In this document: piece after piece, positions 42,044 to 54,139 of the stretch
How the letters are laid out: each line of letters begins with the position of its first letter
Position numbering within the stretch: position 1 is the first letter of the stretch
NCBI GenBank assembly: GCA_963715985.1
Contig: CAVQSP010000013.1
Location: 320,001 to 384,000 of the forward strand
Direction of reading: 5' to 3'
Source of the DNA: an uncultured Thermoleophilia bacterium
GTDB lineage: Bacteria; Actinomycetota; Thermoleophilia; UBA2241
Length of the DNA stretch: 64,000 nucleotides
Notes under the pieces: generated by a model
The model's database searches: none
What the model was told of the DNA's origin: nothing
The model's input: the letters and a program-made list of their open reading frames with translations, nothing else
Program-made: the position numbers and the translations under genes

Positions 42044-43084
42044 ATGAAGAGGACGAGCATGTGGGCAGGCCTCGTGGCCGCCGTGGTGGCCGCAGCGGTC
42101 GTGCTGGCCGGCGTGGCGGTGCCGGGCGGCACGCCGCAGGCGGCTGCCGCCGACCCGGTGGTGCTCACAGTCACCGGCAACGGCCAGACGAAGACCTTCA
42201 CCATGGCGGAGCTCCAGGCGCTCCCCGCCTATACGGGGTGGTCAGGCTACGTGAACAGCGCCGGCACGGTCACGCCGCCCTGGCCCGTCAAGGGTGTCAA
42301 GGTGACCGACCTTCTGGCGACCGTGGGCGGCATCCCCGAGCTGCAGTCCGTGGACGTGACGGCCAGCGACGACTACGGCATGACCTTGACGTACGACGAA
42401 GCCGTCAACGGCAACATCACCGTCTACGACGCGACGACCAAGAAGGAGGAGCAGCCCGAAGCTCCCGTGTCGATGGTGCTCGTGTACGAGGAGAGCGGGG
42501 CCCCCATCGCGCCGTCGCCCGCGGGTGACGGCCCCTTGCGCCTCGCGGTCTGCCAGCCCACGAACGTCAACCAAATCGCGGACGGGCACCTGTTCGTCAA
42601 GTGGGTCGACCGCATCGGCCTGCGCGACGCCGTCGTGCCGTGGGACGTCAAGATGTACGGTCTCAAGGACAAGAGGGGCAAGCGGCAGACCTACACGCTG
42701 GATCGCAAGACGTACGATTCCTGTGCGACGCCCGGGTGTCACGGCTCCGCCTGGACCGACCCGGCGACGCAGAAGACGTGGACCGGCGTGCCCCTCTTCC
42801 TCTGCATCGGCAAGGTGGACGGCGGCAAGGGTCACGGCGGCTACGGCGCCTACAACGAGGCGCTGGCGCTCAAGGGCTACCGGATCAAGCTCACGTCGGC
42901 GACCGGGGCGACGGCGATCATCGGCTCGCGCACCATCCGCAACGACGACAGGATAGTCCTCGCAAACAAGCTGATGGGTTCTGAGCTGGGACCGGACTAC
43001 TACCCGCTGAGGCTGATGGGGCCGAAGATCGGCAGCAAGAGCTTCGTCGGCCAGATCACCAAGATCCAGCTGTTGCCCAAGTGA
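42044..43084 (+). CDS. Secreted two-domain molybdopterin-oxidoreductase-like protein with CATPGCH motif
   Basis: Sec signal; FTMAELQALP, GVKVTDLL, ASDDY, DGPLRL, VKWV; second domain WTGVPL..YNEALA..PLRL. Confidence 0.8.
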   Translation: MKRTSMWAGLVAAVVAAAVVLAGVAVPGGTPQAAAADPVVLTVTGNGQTKTFTMAELQALPAYTGWSGYVNSAGTVTPPWPVKGVKVTDLLATVGGIPELQSVDVTASDDYGMTLTYDEAVNGNITVYDATTKKEEQPEAPVSMVLVYEESGAPIAPSPAGDGPLRLAVCQPTNVNQIADGHLFVKWVDRIGLRDAVVPWDVKMYGLKDKRGKRQTYTLDRKTYDSCATPGCHGSAWTDPATQKTWTGVPLFLCIGKVDGGKGHGGYGAYNEALALKGYRIKLTSATGATAIIGSRTIRNDDRIVLANKLMGSELGPDYYPLRLMGPKIGSKSFVGQITKIQLLPK

Positions 43085-43151
43085 GCGCGCCGTCGGCAAG
43101 CCTGGAGGCGGAGCGCCCGCGGGTGCGTCGTGCCACGCGGGGGGTCGCACC

Positions 43152-44172
43152 GTGAGGTCCCGGGTCCTCACGGTGACCGCGTGGCTGTTCGCGCTCGCCG
43201 GGCTGGCCGCCCTGGCCGCCTGCGGCGGCCAGGGCGGCTCCTCCGGATCGCCGTCCCCATCCGTCAGCCCCTCAGGCCCCGTCGTGCTCACAGTCGTGGG
43301 TGAGAAGGGCCAGAAGCAGTTCACGATGAACGAGCTCCAGGCGCTCCCGGCCTACACCGGCTACGCGGGGTTCAAGAGCAGCACCGGCGTCATCACGCTG
43401 CCCGAGGAGTACACCGGCGTCTCGTTGATCTCCCTCGCCGACCTGGTCGGTGGCATCAGCAAGGCGAACGGCGTGACCATCGTGGCCAAGGACGGCTACG
43501 GCATGACGTTCTCGTACGGGCAGATCGTGGACCACACCTTCACGGCCTACGACCCCGCCACCGGGGACGAGGTGACGCCGTCCAAGGACCTCACCGTCAT
43601 CGTCGCCTACGACCGCAAGAGCAAGCCCCTGGGGGAGGACGAAGGGCCTCTGCGTCTTGATGGTCGCGACGCCGGACCCGGGCGGACAGATCGTGGACGG
43701 CCACTGGACGGTCAAGTGGCTCGACCGCGTCTCGGTGACCAAGGCGTCGGCGGAGTGGAAGGTCCAGCTCGAGGGGGTCATCCCGGGCAAGCTGGACAAA
43801 CCCAGCTACGTCAACTGCGCTTCCCCGGGCTGCCATGGCTCGGGATGGGTGGATAGCGCCGGCACGCGCTGGGAGGGCATCCCGCTGTATCTGGTGGCCG
43901 GGATGCTGGACGACAAGCAGAAGCACGGCGCCGGGGCGTACAACGAGAAGCTGGCGCGCAAGGGCTACGACATCCTCATCGAGACCGCCGACGGCAAGGT
44001 GGTCACCATCGACTCGCGCGACATCGCCGGCAAGGACGACGTGGTCCTTGCCGGGAAGGTGGACGGCGGCGAGCTCTCCGAGGACTACTTCCCGCTGCGG
44101 CTCGTGGGCCCGGGCCTGAGCGAGGACCAGATGCCCGGGCGCATCGCGCGCATCGTCGTGCGGCCGAGGTAG
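43152..44172 (+). CDS. Lipoprotein paralog with CASPGCH motif, apparent frameshift ~43655
   Basis: Lipobox LAAC; FTMNELQALP, AKDGY, EGPLRL|MV, VKWL, WEGIPL, YNEKLA, FPLRLVG. Confidence 0.8.
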
Positions 44173-44182
44173 GAGGCGCCGC

Positions 44183-45295
44183 GTGGCCGGAGGCTGGCGC
44201 TCGCGCAGACCATGGGGCCGGCGTGCACGGATCTGCGGCGTTGCGGCGGCGCTCCTCGCCGCGCTGGCGCTCGCCGTGGCGGCGCCGGCCTGCGGCGGCG
44301 ACCACCGGCAGGTGAGGATCATCGAGGCCGGCAGTCTCATCGTGCCGTTCGCCGACGTCGCCGCTGCCTTCGAGCGCGAGCACCCCGGCGTGGAGGTCGT
44401 CACCGAGAGCCACGGCAGCATCCAGGTGCTGCGTCACATCTCGGAGCTCGGCGACCGCATGGACCTGGCGGCGAGCGCCGACGAGCTGCTCATCCCGCCG
44501 CTGCTCTACGACCGCGACGACCCGGACACCGGTGCGCCCTTCGCCTCCTGGTACTGCTCCTTCGCGACCAACCGCATGGTGCTGGCGGTCTCGCCCGAGA
44601 GCCCTTTGGCCGGCGAGCTCACAGCGGAGAACTGGTACCGGCGCCTGACTGAGCCGGACGTGCGCTTCGGCCTCGCCGACCCGCGCTTCGACGCGGCCGG
44701 CTACCGTGCGCTGATGGTGCTGCAGCTGGCGGAGCGGGCCTACGACGACCCGTACCTCTTCGAGGATCTGCTGATGGGCAAGTTCACGGCGCCGATCACG
44801 GTGGAGCGACGGGGCCGCACCCAGGTCATCGAGGTGCCGGAGATCCTGGAGACCAGCTCCGGGTCGAACGTCCTGCTGCGCGGGGCCAGTATCCAGCTGG
44901 TGGCACTGCTCGAGTCGGGCGACCTGGACTGCGCCTTCGAGTACGAGAGCGTCGCCCGCCAGCACGGACTCGAGTTCGTGGAGCTGCCGGGGTCCGTCGA
45001 CCTCGGCGATCCGGCGCAGCGAAGCGTCTACCGGACGGTCGAGGTCAAGCTCGACTTCCGCCGCTTCGCCAGCGTGCGGCCGGTGTTCCGCGGGGACGTC
45101 ATCCGCTACGCCTTCACCATCCCCGCGAACGCACCGGACCCTGCCCTGGCGGCGGAGTTCGCCGCCTTCCTGCTCGGCCCCGAGGGACGCCGGATCATGC
45201 TCGCCGACCACCAGCCACTTCTCACCCCGCCGGAGCTCGACCACCCGGCGGCCGCGCCCGAGGAGGTGAGGCGGGCGTGCGCGGGGTCCCGGTGA
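44183..45295 (+). CDS. wtpA: WtpA-type tungstate/molybdate-binding lipoprotein
   Basis: AGSL..PF, ESHGS, ASAD, FATNRMVLA, DP..D..GYRA, AFEYESVA.QH.L, I.YAFTIP. Confidence 0.82.
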   Translation: MAGGWRSRRPWGRRARICGVAAALLAALALAVAAPACGGDHRQVRIIEAGSLIVPFADVAAAFEREHPGVEVVTESHGSIQVLRHISELGDRMDLAASADELLIPPLLYDRDDPDTGAPFASWYCSFATNRMVLAVSPESPLAGELTAENWYRRLTEPDVRFGLADPRFDAAGYRALMVLQLAERAYDDPYLFEDLLMGKFTAPITVERRGRTQVIEVPEILETSSGSNVLLRGASIQLVALLESGDLDCAFEYESVARQHGLEFVELPGSVDLGDPAQRSVYRTVEVKLDFRRFASVRPVFRGDVIRYAFTIPANAPDPALAAEFAAFLLGPEGRRIMLADHQPLLTPPELDHPAAAPEEVRRACAGSR

Positions 45296-46170
45296 GCGTT
45301 CTCAGGGATCACAGGCACCCCCTTCGTTTCCGGGCCCCGCGCACGCCCGCCCCGCCGGCACTGATGCTGGGCCGGCGTCCATCGCGGTTCTGGGCGCTCT
45401 GCGCCGTCGCCGGCGCGCTGCTCATCGCCTTCGTTGTGCTGCCGGCGGCGAGCATGATCGTGGGCGCCGGGGCCGGCCTGCTCGGCGAGGCGCTCCGCCA
45501 GGACGACGTGCGGCGCTCGCTGTGGCTGACGGTGAGCGCCGCCGCCATCGCCACGGCCATCGCCTTCGTCGTCGGCGTGCCGCTCGCCTACCTTCTGGCG
45601 CGCCGTGACTTCCCCGGCAAGCGGGTCGTGGAGGGCATCATCGACCTGCCGATCGTGTTCCCTCACACCGCCGCCGGCGTCGCCCTGCTCACCGTGTACG
45701 GGCGCGAGGGCATCGTGGGGCGCGCGCTGGCGCCGCTCGGCATCACCTTCACCGACACGGTGGCCGGCATCGTGCTGGCCATGCTGTTCGTGAGCCTGCC
45801 CTTCCTCGTGGACACCGCCCGCGAGACCTTCGCCCTCGTCGACGAGCGGTACGAGCACGTGGCCCGCACGCTCGGCTCGTCGCGCGGCGGCGCCTTCGTG
45901 CGCGTCACGTTCCCCCAGGCCTGGCGCGGCGTGCTGTCGGGCGCCGTGCTCATGTGGGGCCGCGGCATCAGCGAGTTCGGCGCCGTCGTGATCCTCGCCT
46001 ACAACCCCAAGGTCATCTCCGTGCTGACCTTCGAGCGCTTCGAGGGCTTCGGGCTGCGGGCGGCGCAGCCGCCCGCCGTGCTCATCGTCATCGTCGCCTT
46101 CCTCGTGTTCCTGGTGCTGCGCGCCGTCCTGCTGCCGCGTCGCGGCCGCTCCCGTAAGGACGTCGTGTGA
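45292..46170 (+). CDS. wtpB: Tungstate/molybdate ABC permease
   Basis: DLPIVFPHTAAGVALL, LAMLFVSLPF, ARTLG, ISEFGAVVILAY; start uncertain. Confidence 0.8.
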   Translation: MSVLRDHRHPLRFRAPRTPAPPALMLGRRPSRFWALCAVAGALLIAFVVLPAASMIVGAGAGLLGEALRQDDVRRSLWLTVSAAAIATAIAFVVGVPLAYLLARRDFPGKRVVEGIIDLPIVFPHTAAGVALLTVYGREGIVGRALAPLGITFTDTVAGIVLAMLFVSLPFLVDTARETFALVDERYEHVARTLGSSRGGAFVRVTFPQAWRGVLSGAVLMWGRGISEFGAVVILAYNPKVISVLTFERFEGFGLRAAQPPAVLIVIVAFLVFLVLRAVLLPRRGRSRKDVV

Positions 46171-47230
46171 TCGGGCTGCGACAGCTCGAGGTGGAGGCCG
46201 GGGGGTTCCGCGTGGGGCCGCTCGACCTGGAGGTGGCCGACGGCGCGTACGCCGTGCTGCTGGGGCCGAGCGGCGCCGGCAAGTCGCTGGTGCTGGAGGC
46301 GCTCGCCGGGGTCCGTGTCGCAGCGGCGGGCCGGATGGTGGTGGACGGCGACGACGTCTCACGGCTGCCGCCGGAGCGGCGCCGCGTGGGCCTGGTGTTC
46401 CAGGACGGGCTCCTCTTCCCGCACCTCGACGTGGCCGGCAACGTGGCCTACGGCCTCCGCGCGGAGGGCGGCAGTGGACGGCGCGGCCGCGAGGACGGCG
46501 TGCGTGAGCTCGCCGCGAGCGTGGGCGTGGAGCAGCTGCTGAAGCGACGCCCCGACACGCTGTCGGGCGGCGAGCGCCAGCGCGTCGCCCTGGCGCGCGC
46601 GCTGGCGGCGCGGCCGCGCGCCCTGCTGCTCGACGAGCCGCTCAGCGCCGTGGACGTCGAGGCACGCGAGGACCTCCAGGACATGCTGCGCGCGGTCAGC
46701 CGCGACCGCGGCCTCACCGTGCTGCACGTCACGCACGACCGCGCCGAGGCTTTCGCGCTCGCCGACGTGTGCGCCGTCCTCGTCGACGGCCGCCTGCGCC
46801 AGGTGGGCCGGCCGCAGGACGTGCTGCGGCGGCCGGCCGACGACGCCGTGGCCCGCTTCCTCGGTGCGCGCAACGTGCTGCGCGCCGCCCGTGACCCGGG
46901 CGACGCGTCTCTGGCGCGCGCCGGCGGAAGGCCTCTCGCTGCGCGTCGCCGATGCCTCTTCCGGACGCGGCCGTGGACGTCGTGGTCCGGCCGGAGGACG
47001 TGGAGTGCTGGCCGGCCGGCGGAGCTCCGCCGGCGGCCGTCAACGTGGTCCCGGCGACCGTGGTCCGGCTCGTACTGCAAGGGGGGCACGTGCTCGTCGG
47101 CACGGAGGCACCGGCGCCGCTGGACGCGCTGCTCACCGCGCGCCGCGCGGACGAGCTCGGCCTGCGGCTCGGCGCCCGCGTCGACCTCACGCTCGAGCCC
47201 GAGCGCTTGCACGTCATCCCCTCCGGCTGA
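46167..47230 (+). CDS. wtpC: Tungstate/molybdate ABC ATPase, apparent frameshift(s) ~46920-46960
   Basis: GPSGAGKS, LSGGERQR, LLDEP, HVTHD; TOBE tail in another frame. Confidence 0.8.
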
Positions 47231-47360
47231 CCGTTCGAGGCAATCTCCTTGCGGCCCCCAGTGTCCCGATGGCCGCGCGCCACCGTTTGCGGAACGTGGC
47301 CCGGGGAATGTGAGACGCGACGGGCCGCAACGGGCGGCGATCTGAGCGGGGGAGGGACCG

Positions 47361-47564
47361 ATGGCACTCAGCGCGCGCAACCAGCTGCCGGGCACGGTGA
47401 AGAGTGTCGTGCTCGGCGCCGTGATGGCGGAGGTCGTCATCGACGTCGCGGGGCACGAGGTGGTCTCTGTCATCACGCGCCACGCCGTCGAGCGGCTGGG
47501 GCTCACGGCCGGCGACGAGGTCAAGGCCGTGATCAAGTCCACCGAGGTCATGATCGAGAAATGA
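47361..47564 (+). CDS. mop: Molbindin (Mop/TOBE protein)
   Basis: LSARNQLPG..SVIT..LGL..KAVIKSTEVMI. Confidence 0.9.
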   Translation: MALSARNQLPGTVKSVVLGAVMAEVVIDVAGHEVVSVITRHAVERLGLTAGDEVKAVIKSTEVMIEK

Positions 47565-47655
47565 CGCGCGGCCCCGCGGGCGGTAGACTGGTCCACACCC
47601 GAGTACCAGCTCCCGGCGGTGCAGTCCGCCGGCCGTCCGAGGAAGACCGAACCGC

Positions 47656-48621
47656 GTGAACGCCATCCCCGACAGGACGCAGGGAAGGGTCGATTACCTG
47701 CGCCTCTCCATCACCGACCGCTGCAACCTGCGCTGCACGTACTGCATGCCGCCCGAAGGCGTGCCGGCGCGGTCGCACGCCGACATCCTCAGCTACGAGG
47801 AGATGGCGGCGTTCACACGCGTGGCGGCCGCCTGCGGCATCAGCAAGGTGCGTATCACCGGCGGCGAGCCGCTGGTGCGGCACGGCTGCGCCGACCTCGT
47901 GGCGCTGCTGGCGCGCACGGGCGGCATCGAGGACATCTCGCTGACCACCAACGGCCTGCTGCTGCCGCGGTACGCGGACGACCTGCGCGCGGCCGGCCTG
48001 CACCGTGTGAACATCAGCATCGACAGCCTGGACGAGCGGCGCTTCGCCGCGGTCACGCGAGGCGGCCGGCTGGACGACGCGCTCGCCGGCCTGGACGCCG
48101 CCTTCGACGCGGGGTTCGCGCCGGTCAAGGTCAATACACTGCTGCTCGAGGGCGTCGAGGACGAGCTGCCCGCCTTCGTGGAGCTCACGCGACGGCGCGA
48201 GGTGCACGTGCGCTTCATCGAGTTCATGCCGCTGGACCGGCGCCTGGGCGGCAGCGGACGCCTGGTGCCCGCTCCCGCCGTGCTGCAGCGCCTGCGCGAG
48301 CTGTACGAGCTGGAGCCGCACGAAGGACCGTTCGGGCACGGGCCGGCGCAGTACTGGCACGTGCCCGGGGCACCGGGCACCATCGGCTTCATCGCCGGGG
48401 TCTCCGAGCACTTCTGCGAGAGCTGCAACCGCCTGCGGCTCACCGCCGACGGGCGCCTGCGCACCTGTCTGTTCTCGGGCGAGGAGATGGCCGTGCGGCC
48501 GCTCATCGCCCGTCCGCACGACCTGCGCGAGGCCATCCTCGCGGCGGTCTCGGGCAAGAGCTTCGACCGCTGCGTGGAGCAGCGCGCCAACGAGCGCGCC
48601 ATGTCGCAGATCGGCGGCTGA
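47656..48621 (+). CDS. moaA: GTP 3',8-cyclase
   Basis: [38 protein letters not shown] terminus. Confidence 0.96.
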   Translation: MNAIPDRTQGRVDYLRLSITDRCNLRCTYCMPPEGVPARSHADILSYEEMAAFTRVAAACGISKVRITGGEPLVRHGCADLVALLARTGGIEDISLTTNGLLLPRYADDLRAAGLHRVNISIDSLDERRFAAVTRGGRLDDALAGLDAAFDAGFAPVKVNTLLLEGVEDELPAFVELTRRREVHVRFIEFMPLDRRLGGSGRLVPAPAVLQRLRELYELEPHEGPFGHGPAQYWHVPGAPGTIGFIAGVSEHFCESCNRLRLTADGRLRTCLFSGEEMAVRPLIARPHDLREAILAAVSGKSFDRCVEQRANERAMSQIGG

Positions 48622-48628
48622 GGCCGGC

Positions 48629-49144
48629 ATGACGACACCCGGCAGGGACGACCTCAGCCACCTCGACGAGCGCGGGCGCGCGCGCATGGTGGACGTGGGC
48701 GGCAAGGACGAGACCGAGCGCGTAGCGTGCGCCGAAGCGCTCGTCGTCATGGCCCCGGCCACCCTCCGGCTCATCGCCGACGGCGCCGTGCCCAAGGGCG
48801 ACGTGTTCGCCACGGCGCGCCTGGCCGGCATCATGGCCGCCAAGCGCACGCACGAGCTCATCCCTCTCTGCCACCAGCTGAACCTCACCGCCGTGCACGT
48901 GGAGATCGAGGCGGATCCGGACCTGCCCGGCCTGCGCGTGACCACCGAGGCACGGCTCCGCGGCCGCACCGGCGTGGAGATGGAGGCGCTGGTGGCGGCC
49001 TCAGTGGCCGCTCTCACCGTGTACGACATGTGCAAGGCCGTGGACAGGGGCATGGAGCTGCGCGCCGTCCGGCTGCTGGCCAAGAGCGGCGGCCGCAGCG
49101 GCACCTGGCAGCGGGCGGACGGCGACGAGAAGAGCGAGGACTGA
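48629..49144 (+). CDS. moaC: cPMP synthase
   Basis: [33 protein letters not shown]. Confidence 0.96.
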   Translation: MTTPGRDDLSHLDERGRARMVDVGGKDETERVACAEALVVMAPATLRLIADGAVPKGDVFATARLAGIMAAKRTHELIPLCHQLNLTAVHVEIEADPDLPGLRVTTEARLRGRTGVEMEALVAASVAALTVYDMCKAVDRGMELRAVRLLAKSGGRSGTWQRADGDEKSED

Positions 49145-49146
49145 CG

Positions 49147-50115
49147 ATGACCGACTACAAGGTGGACGGGTACATCGTCTCCGTCAACGTGGCCGACTCC
49201 AAAGGCGTGCGCAAGGACCCGGTGGAGTCCATCACGCTGGTCGTGGACCACGGCGTGGAGGGCGATGCGCACGCCGGCCCGTGGCACCGCCAGGTGAGCC
49301 TGCTCGCGCAGGAGAGCATCGACAAGATGCTCGCCGCCTGCCCCAGCGTCGATCCGGGCGCCTTCGGCGAGAACATCACGACTCGCGGCATCGTGCCCTA
49401 CGAACTGCCCGTCGGGGCCCGCTTCTACGCCGGTGAGACACTGCTGGAGGTGACGCAGATCGGCAAGGAGTGCCACGACCGCTGCGCCATCTTCCACCAG
49501 GCCGGCGACTGCGTGATGCCGCGGGAGGGCATCTTCGCCAGGGTGATCGAGGGCGGCGAGATCTACCCCGGCAACGGCATCGTCTTCCTTCAGGCGAGCC
49601 TCATCGTGGCGGCCGTGCTCACCATCAGCGACAAGGGCTCGCGCGGAGAGCGCGAAGACACCAGCGGCGACGCCCTCGAGGAGGCGCTCAAGGCTCTCGG
49701 CGTCGCCTCGGTGGAGCGCGCCGTGGTCCCCGACGAGCAGGACCTCATCGCCGGGGAGCTCAGGCGCTGGGCCGACGAGACCGCGGTCAACCTGATCCTC
49801 ACCACCGGGGGCACCGGCATGACCACCCGCGACGTGACGCCGGAGGCCACGATGACGGTGCTCGAGCGCCAGGCGCCCGGGTTCGCCGAGGCCATGCGCG
49901 CCGGCTCGCTGGCGGTCACGCCCCACGCCATGATCTCGCGCGCCGTGAGCGGCACACGCGGGCGCACGCTCATCATCAACATGCCGGGCAGCCCCGGCGC
50001 CTGCCGTGACCAGTTCAAGATCATCGCCCCGGCCCTGCCGCACGCGGTGGAGAAGCTGGCCGACCGGGGCGGCGACTGCGCTCCGGCCCCGCCGCCGCGC
50101 GTTTCGCAGAGCTGA
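49147..50115 (+). CDS. mog: MOSC-domain / molybdopterin adenylyltransferase (MogA/MoaB) fusion
   Basis: N-terminal GDAHAG.WHRQVSLL, QIGKECH..C; C-terminal TISD, TTGGTG..RDVTPEA, NMPGSP. Confidence 0.85.
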   Translation: MTDYKVDGYIVSVNVADSKGVRKDPVESITLVVDHGVEGDAHAGPWHRQVSLLAQESIDKMLAACPSVDPGAFGENITTRGIVPYELPVGARFYAGETLLEVTQIGKECHDRCAIFHQAGDCVMPREGIFARVIEGGEIYPGNGIVFLQASLIVAAVLTISDKGSRGEREDTSGDALEEALKALGVASVERAVVPDEQDLIAGELRRWADETAVNLILTTGGTGMTTRDVTPEATMTVLERQAPGFAEAMRAGSLAVTPHAMISRAVSGTRGRTLIINMPGSPGACRDQFKIIAPALPHAVEKLADRGGDCAPAPPPRVSQS

Positions 50116-50154
50116 GGCTCGCCGGCGCCGGGCCGGCGGGGCTCGCAGGTGCTT

Positions 50155-50796
50155 TCAGGGCGTCAGGCGCTGGCGGCGGATGTAGCTGAGGTACGTGGAC
50201 ACCGCCGCGTCGGCTTCGTCCACGTCGCGGCGGTGGCCCGCGACGAGCCGGTCGCCCACGCTCTGCCGCGTGACGCCCAGCTTCTCGGCCACGTCGCGCT
50301 GGTGGCCGAGCTCGCGGTACGCGGCGATCGCCTCCCACTGTTTGGCCGTGCGCGCGCGGATGAGCGGGTCCACCAGCCGGCAGAGCGCGGCCAGCAGCAC
50401 GTCGCCCGCCTCCCCGGTGCCCACGTAGCGCGTCAGGCCGTCGTCGCGGATCGTGAGCTGCAGGGCCCGGCGCGCGCCGGAGAAGGCATCGCGCGCCTCA
50501 CCGCCGGCGTCCCGGGCTCCGGCCGCCGGCCCCACACCGACCCCCACGCGCAGCAGGCGCGGCGCCAGACTCTCGCGCAGGACGCTGATGCAGTGCGGCG
50601 CCCGGGACGGGTCGGAGAGGGCGCCGTCGATGCGGTCCGCCGCCGCCAGGGTGAAGGGCTCTGCCAGCGCGGCGAAGTACAGACGGTTGACGCGCTCCAG
50701 CGCTGCCCGCAGGGTGCCGTCTCCGCCGCCGCTGGAGACCACGTCTGCCTCGATCACGGCGATGACCCTGCTCTCGCGGCGTTTGTCGAACGGCAT
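50155..50796 (-). CDS. SatD-like protein with C-terminal HTH
   Basis: VIEADVVSS, LRVGVGVG, AF..ARRAL, T.KQWE, QRDVAEKLGVTRQSV..RL. Confidence 0.7.
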   Translation of the reverse strand: MPFDKRRESRVIAVIEADVVSSGGGDGTLRAALERVNRLYFAALAEPFTLAAADRIDGALSDPSRAPHCISVLRESLAPRLLRVGVGVGPAAGARDAGGEARDAFSGARRALQLTIRDDGLTRYVGTGEAGDVLLAALCRLVDPLIRARTAKQWEAIAAYRELGHQRDVAEKLGVTRQSVGDRLVAGHRRDVDEADAAVSTYLSYIRRQRLTP

Positions 50797-50898
50797 GCTG
50801 CAAGCTACGCCGCTCCGTCCGCGTCTCCTGCCGGGTCGCCTCCCGAGCCGCTGTGGCGCGGCCTTCACAGGGCTTAATCATCCTCCGCACAGTGTAAA

Positions 50899-50927
50899 TG
50901 GCACGAAGCGCCGAGGTGGGCTACACT
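50899..50927 (+). promoter_or_regulatory. Putative promoter of ccm operon
   Basis: TGGCAC-17 nt-TACACT in an AT-richer intergenic region. Confidence 0.45.
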
Positions 50928-50962
50928 ATGTCCTCGTTGGCCATACAACCGGGGGTATCCGC

Positions 50963-51388
50963 GTGAACAAGAAGTCTCGCACCCGTTTGCTCATCGCCAC
51001 CGGCGTCATCGTGGTGGTGTTCATCGTCGGAGTCGTCTTCCTCGTCCAGAAACAGGGCGCGTATTATCGGCAGGTCTCGGACCTCACCACCGGCCAGTAC
51101 GACGGCAAGAACGTCAAGGTCGGGGGACGCGTGATGGACGGCACGATCAACCGCGATGCCAGCGGCGTGCACTTCGCCATCAAGGACCTCACCGGCAAGG
51201 ACGACACCGTGCAGGTCACGTACAGCGGCCAGATGCCCAACACGTTCGAGAGCGGCGTCGACGTCGTCGTCATCGGCACCTACGCCTCAGACGGCAGCCT
51301 GATCACGGCGGACCAGCTGCAGACCAAGTGCCCCAGCAAGTACAAGGGGTCGGCTTCACCGGCGGCCACGACAGACGCGACCCAGTGA
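50963..51388 (+). CDS. ccmE: Heme chaperone CcmE, CxxxY variant
   Basis: TM, V.YSG.MP..F..G..VVV.G, TKCPSKY. Confidence 0.92.
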   Translation: MNKKSRTRLLIATGVIVVVFIVGVVFLVQKQGAYYRQVSDLTTGQYDGKNVKVGGRVMDGTINRDASGVHFAIKDLTGKDDTVQVTYSGQMPNTFESGVDVVVIGTYASDGSLITADQLQTKCPSKYKGSASPAATTDATQ

Positions 51389-51398
51389 GGCCGCGCCT

Positions 51399-53414
<2,016 letters not shown>

Positions 53415-53425
53415 CGGAGGAGCCC

Positions 53426-54139
53426 GTGCCGCTCGAGATCGAGGTCGAGGGTCTGCGCAAGACGTTCGGCCGCCGCGAAGTGCTGAAGGGCCTCTCCTTC
53501 AGCGTCGAGCGCGGCGGCTTTCTGAGCATCTTCGGACCCAACGGGGCCGGCAAGACCACCACGCTGCGCGTGCTCGCCACGCTGCTCACGGCGAGCGGGG
53601 GCAGCGTCAAGGTCGCCGGTCACGACGTCCGCAACGACCCCATGCCGGTCCGCTCCACCATCGGCCTGATCTCGCACACCCCGATGCTGTACCCGGACCT
53701 CACTGCCGACGAGAACCTCAGGTTCTACGCCGACATGTACGGCCTGCAGGACCGCGAGGCGCGCATCAGCGACCTCCTCGAACGCCTCGAGCTCAGCCAC
53801 CGCCGCCACGACGTGGTGCGCACCTACAGCAAGGGCATGCGCCAGCGGCTCGCCATCGCGCGCGCCGTGCTCCACCGCCCGCGCGTGCTTCTGCTCGACG
53901 AGCCGCACTCCGGCCTCGACCCGCGCGCCGTGGACATCTTCGACGGCCTGCTCGCGGAGATCCGCGACGAGCACACCTTCGTGATGGTGACCCACAACAT
54001 CGCCAAGGGCCTGGACTGGGGCACCGAGCTCATGATCATCGAGAACGGCCGCATCGCCTACCAGCACGCCGCCGGCGTGGATCACGACGCCTTCAGCGCC
54101 GTGTACCGCGAGCACGTCCGCGACGGGAGCGTGGTGTGA
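53426..54139 (+). CDS. ccmA: Heme exporter ATPase
   Basis: GPNGAGKTT, YSKGMRQR, LLDEP. Confidence 0.9.
   Translation: MPLEIEVEGLRKTFGRREVLKGLSFSVERGGFLSIFGPNGAGKTTTLRVLATLLTASGGSVKVAGHDVRNDPMPVRSTIGLISHTPMLYPDLTADENLRFYADMYGLQDREARISDLLERLELSHRRHDVVRTYSKGMRQRLAIARAVLHRPRVLLLDEPHSGLDPRAVDIFDGLLAEIRDEHTFVMVTHNIAKGLDWGTELMIIENGRIAYQHAAGVDHDAFSAVYREHVRDGSVV

Noticed and set aside
47548-50043. 831-aa and other long antisense ORFs
   Set aside because: Shadows of moaA, moaC and MOSC-mogA; no motifs of their own.
12294-50115. Selenocysteine read-through in redox or W-related genes
   Set aside because: No TGA found aligned to a conserved Cys position in Grx, FTR, Rieske, MOSC or the secreted proteins.
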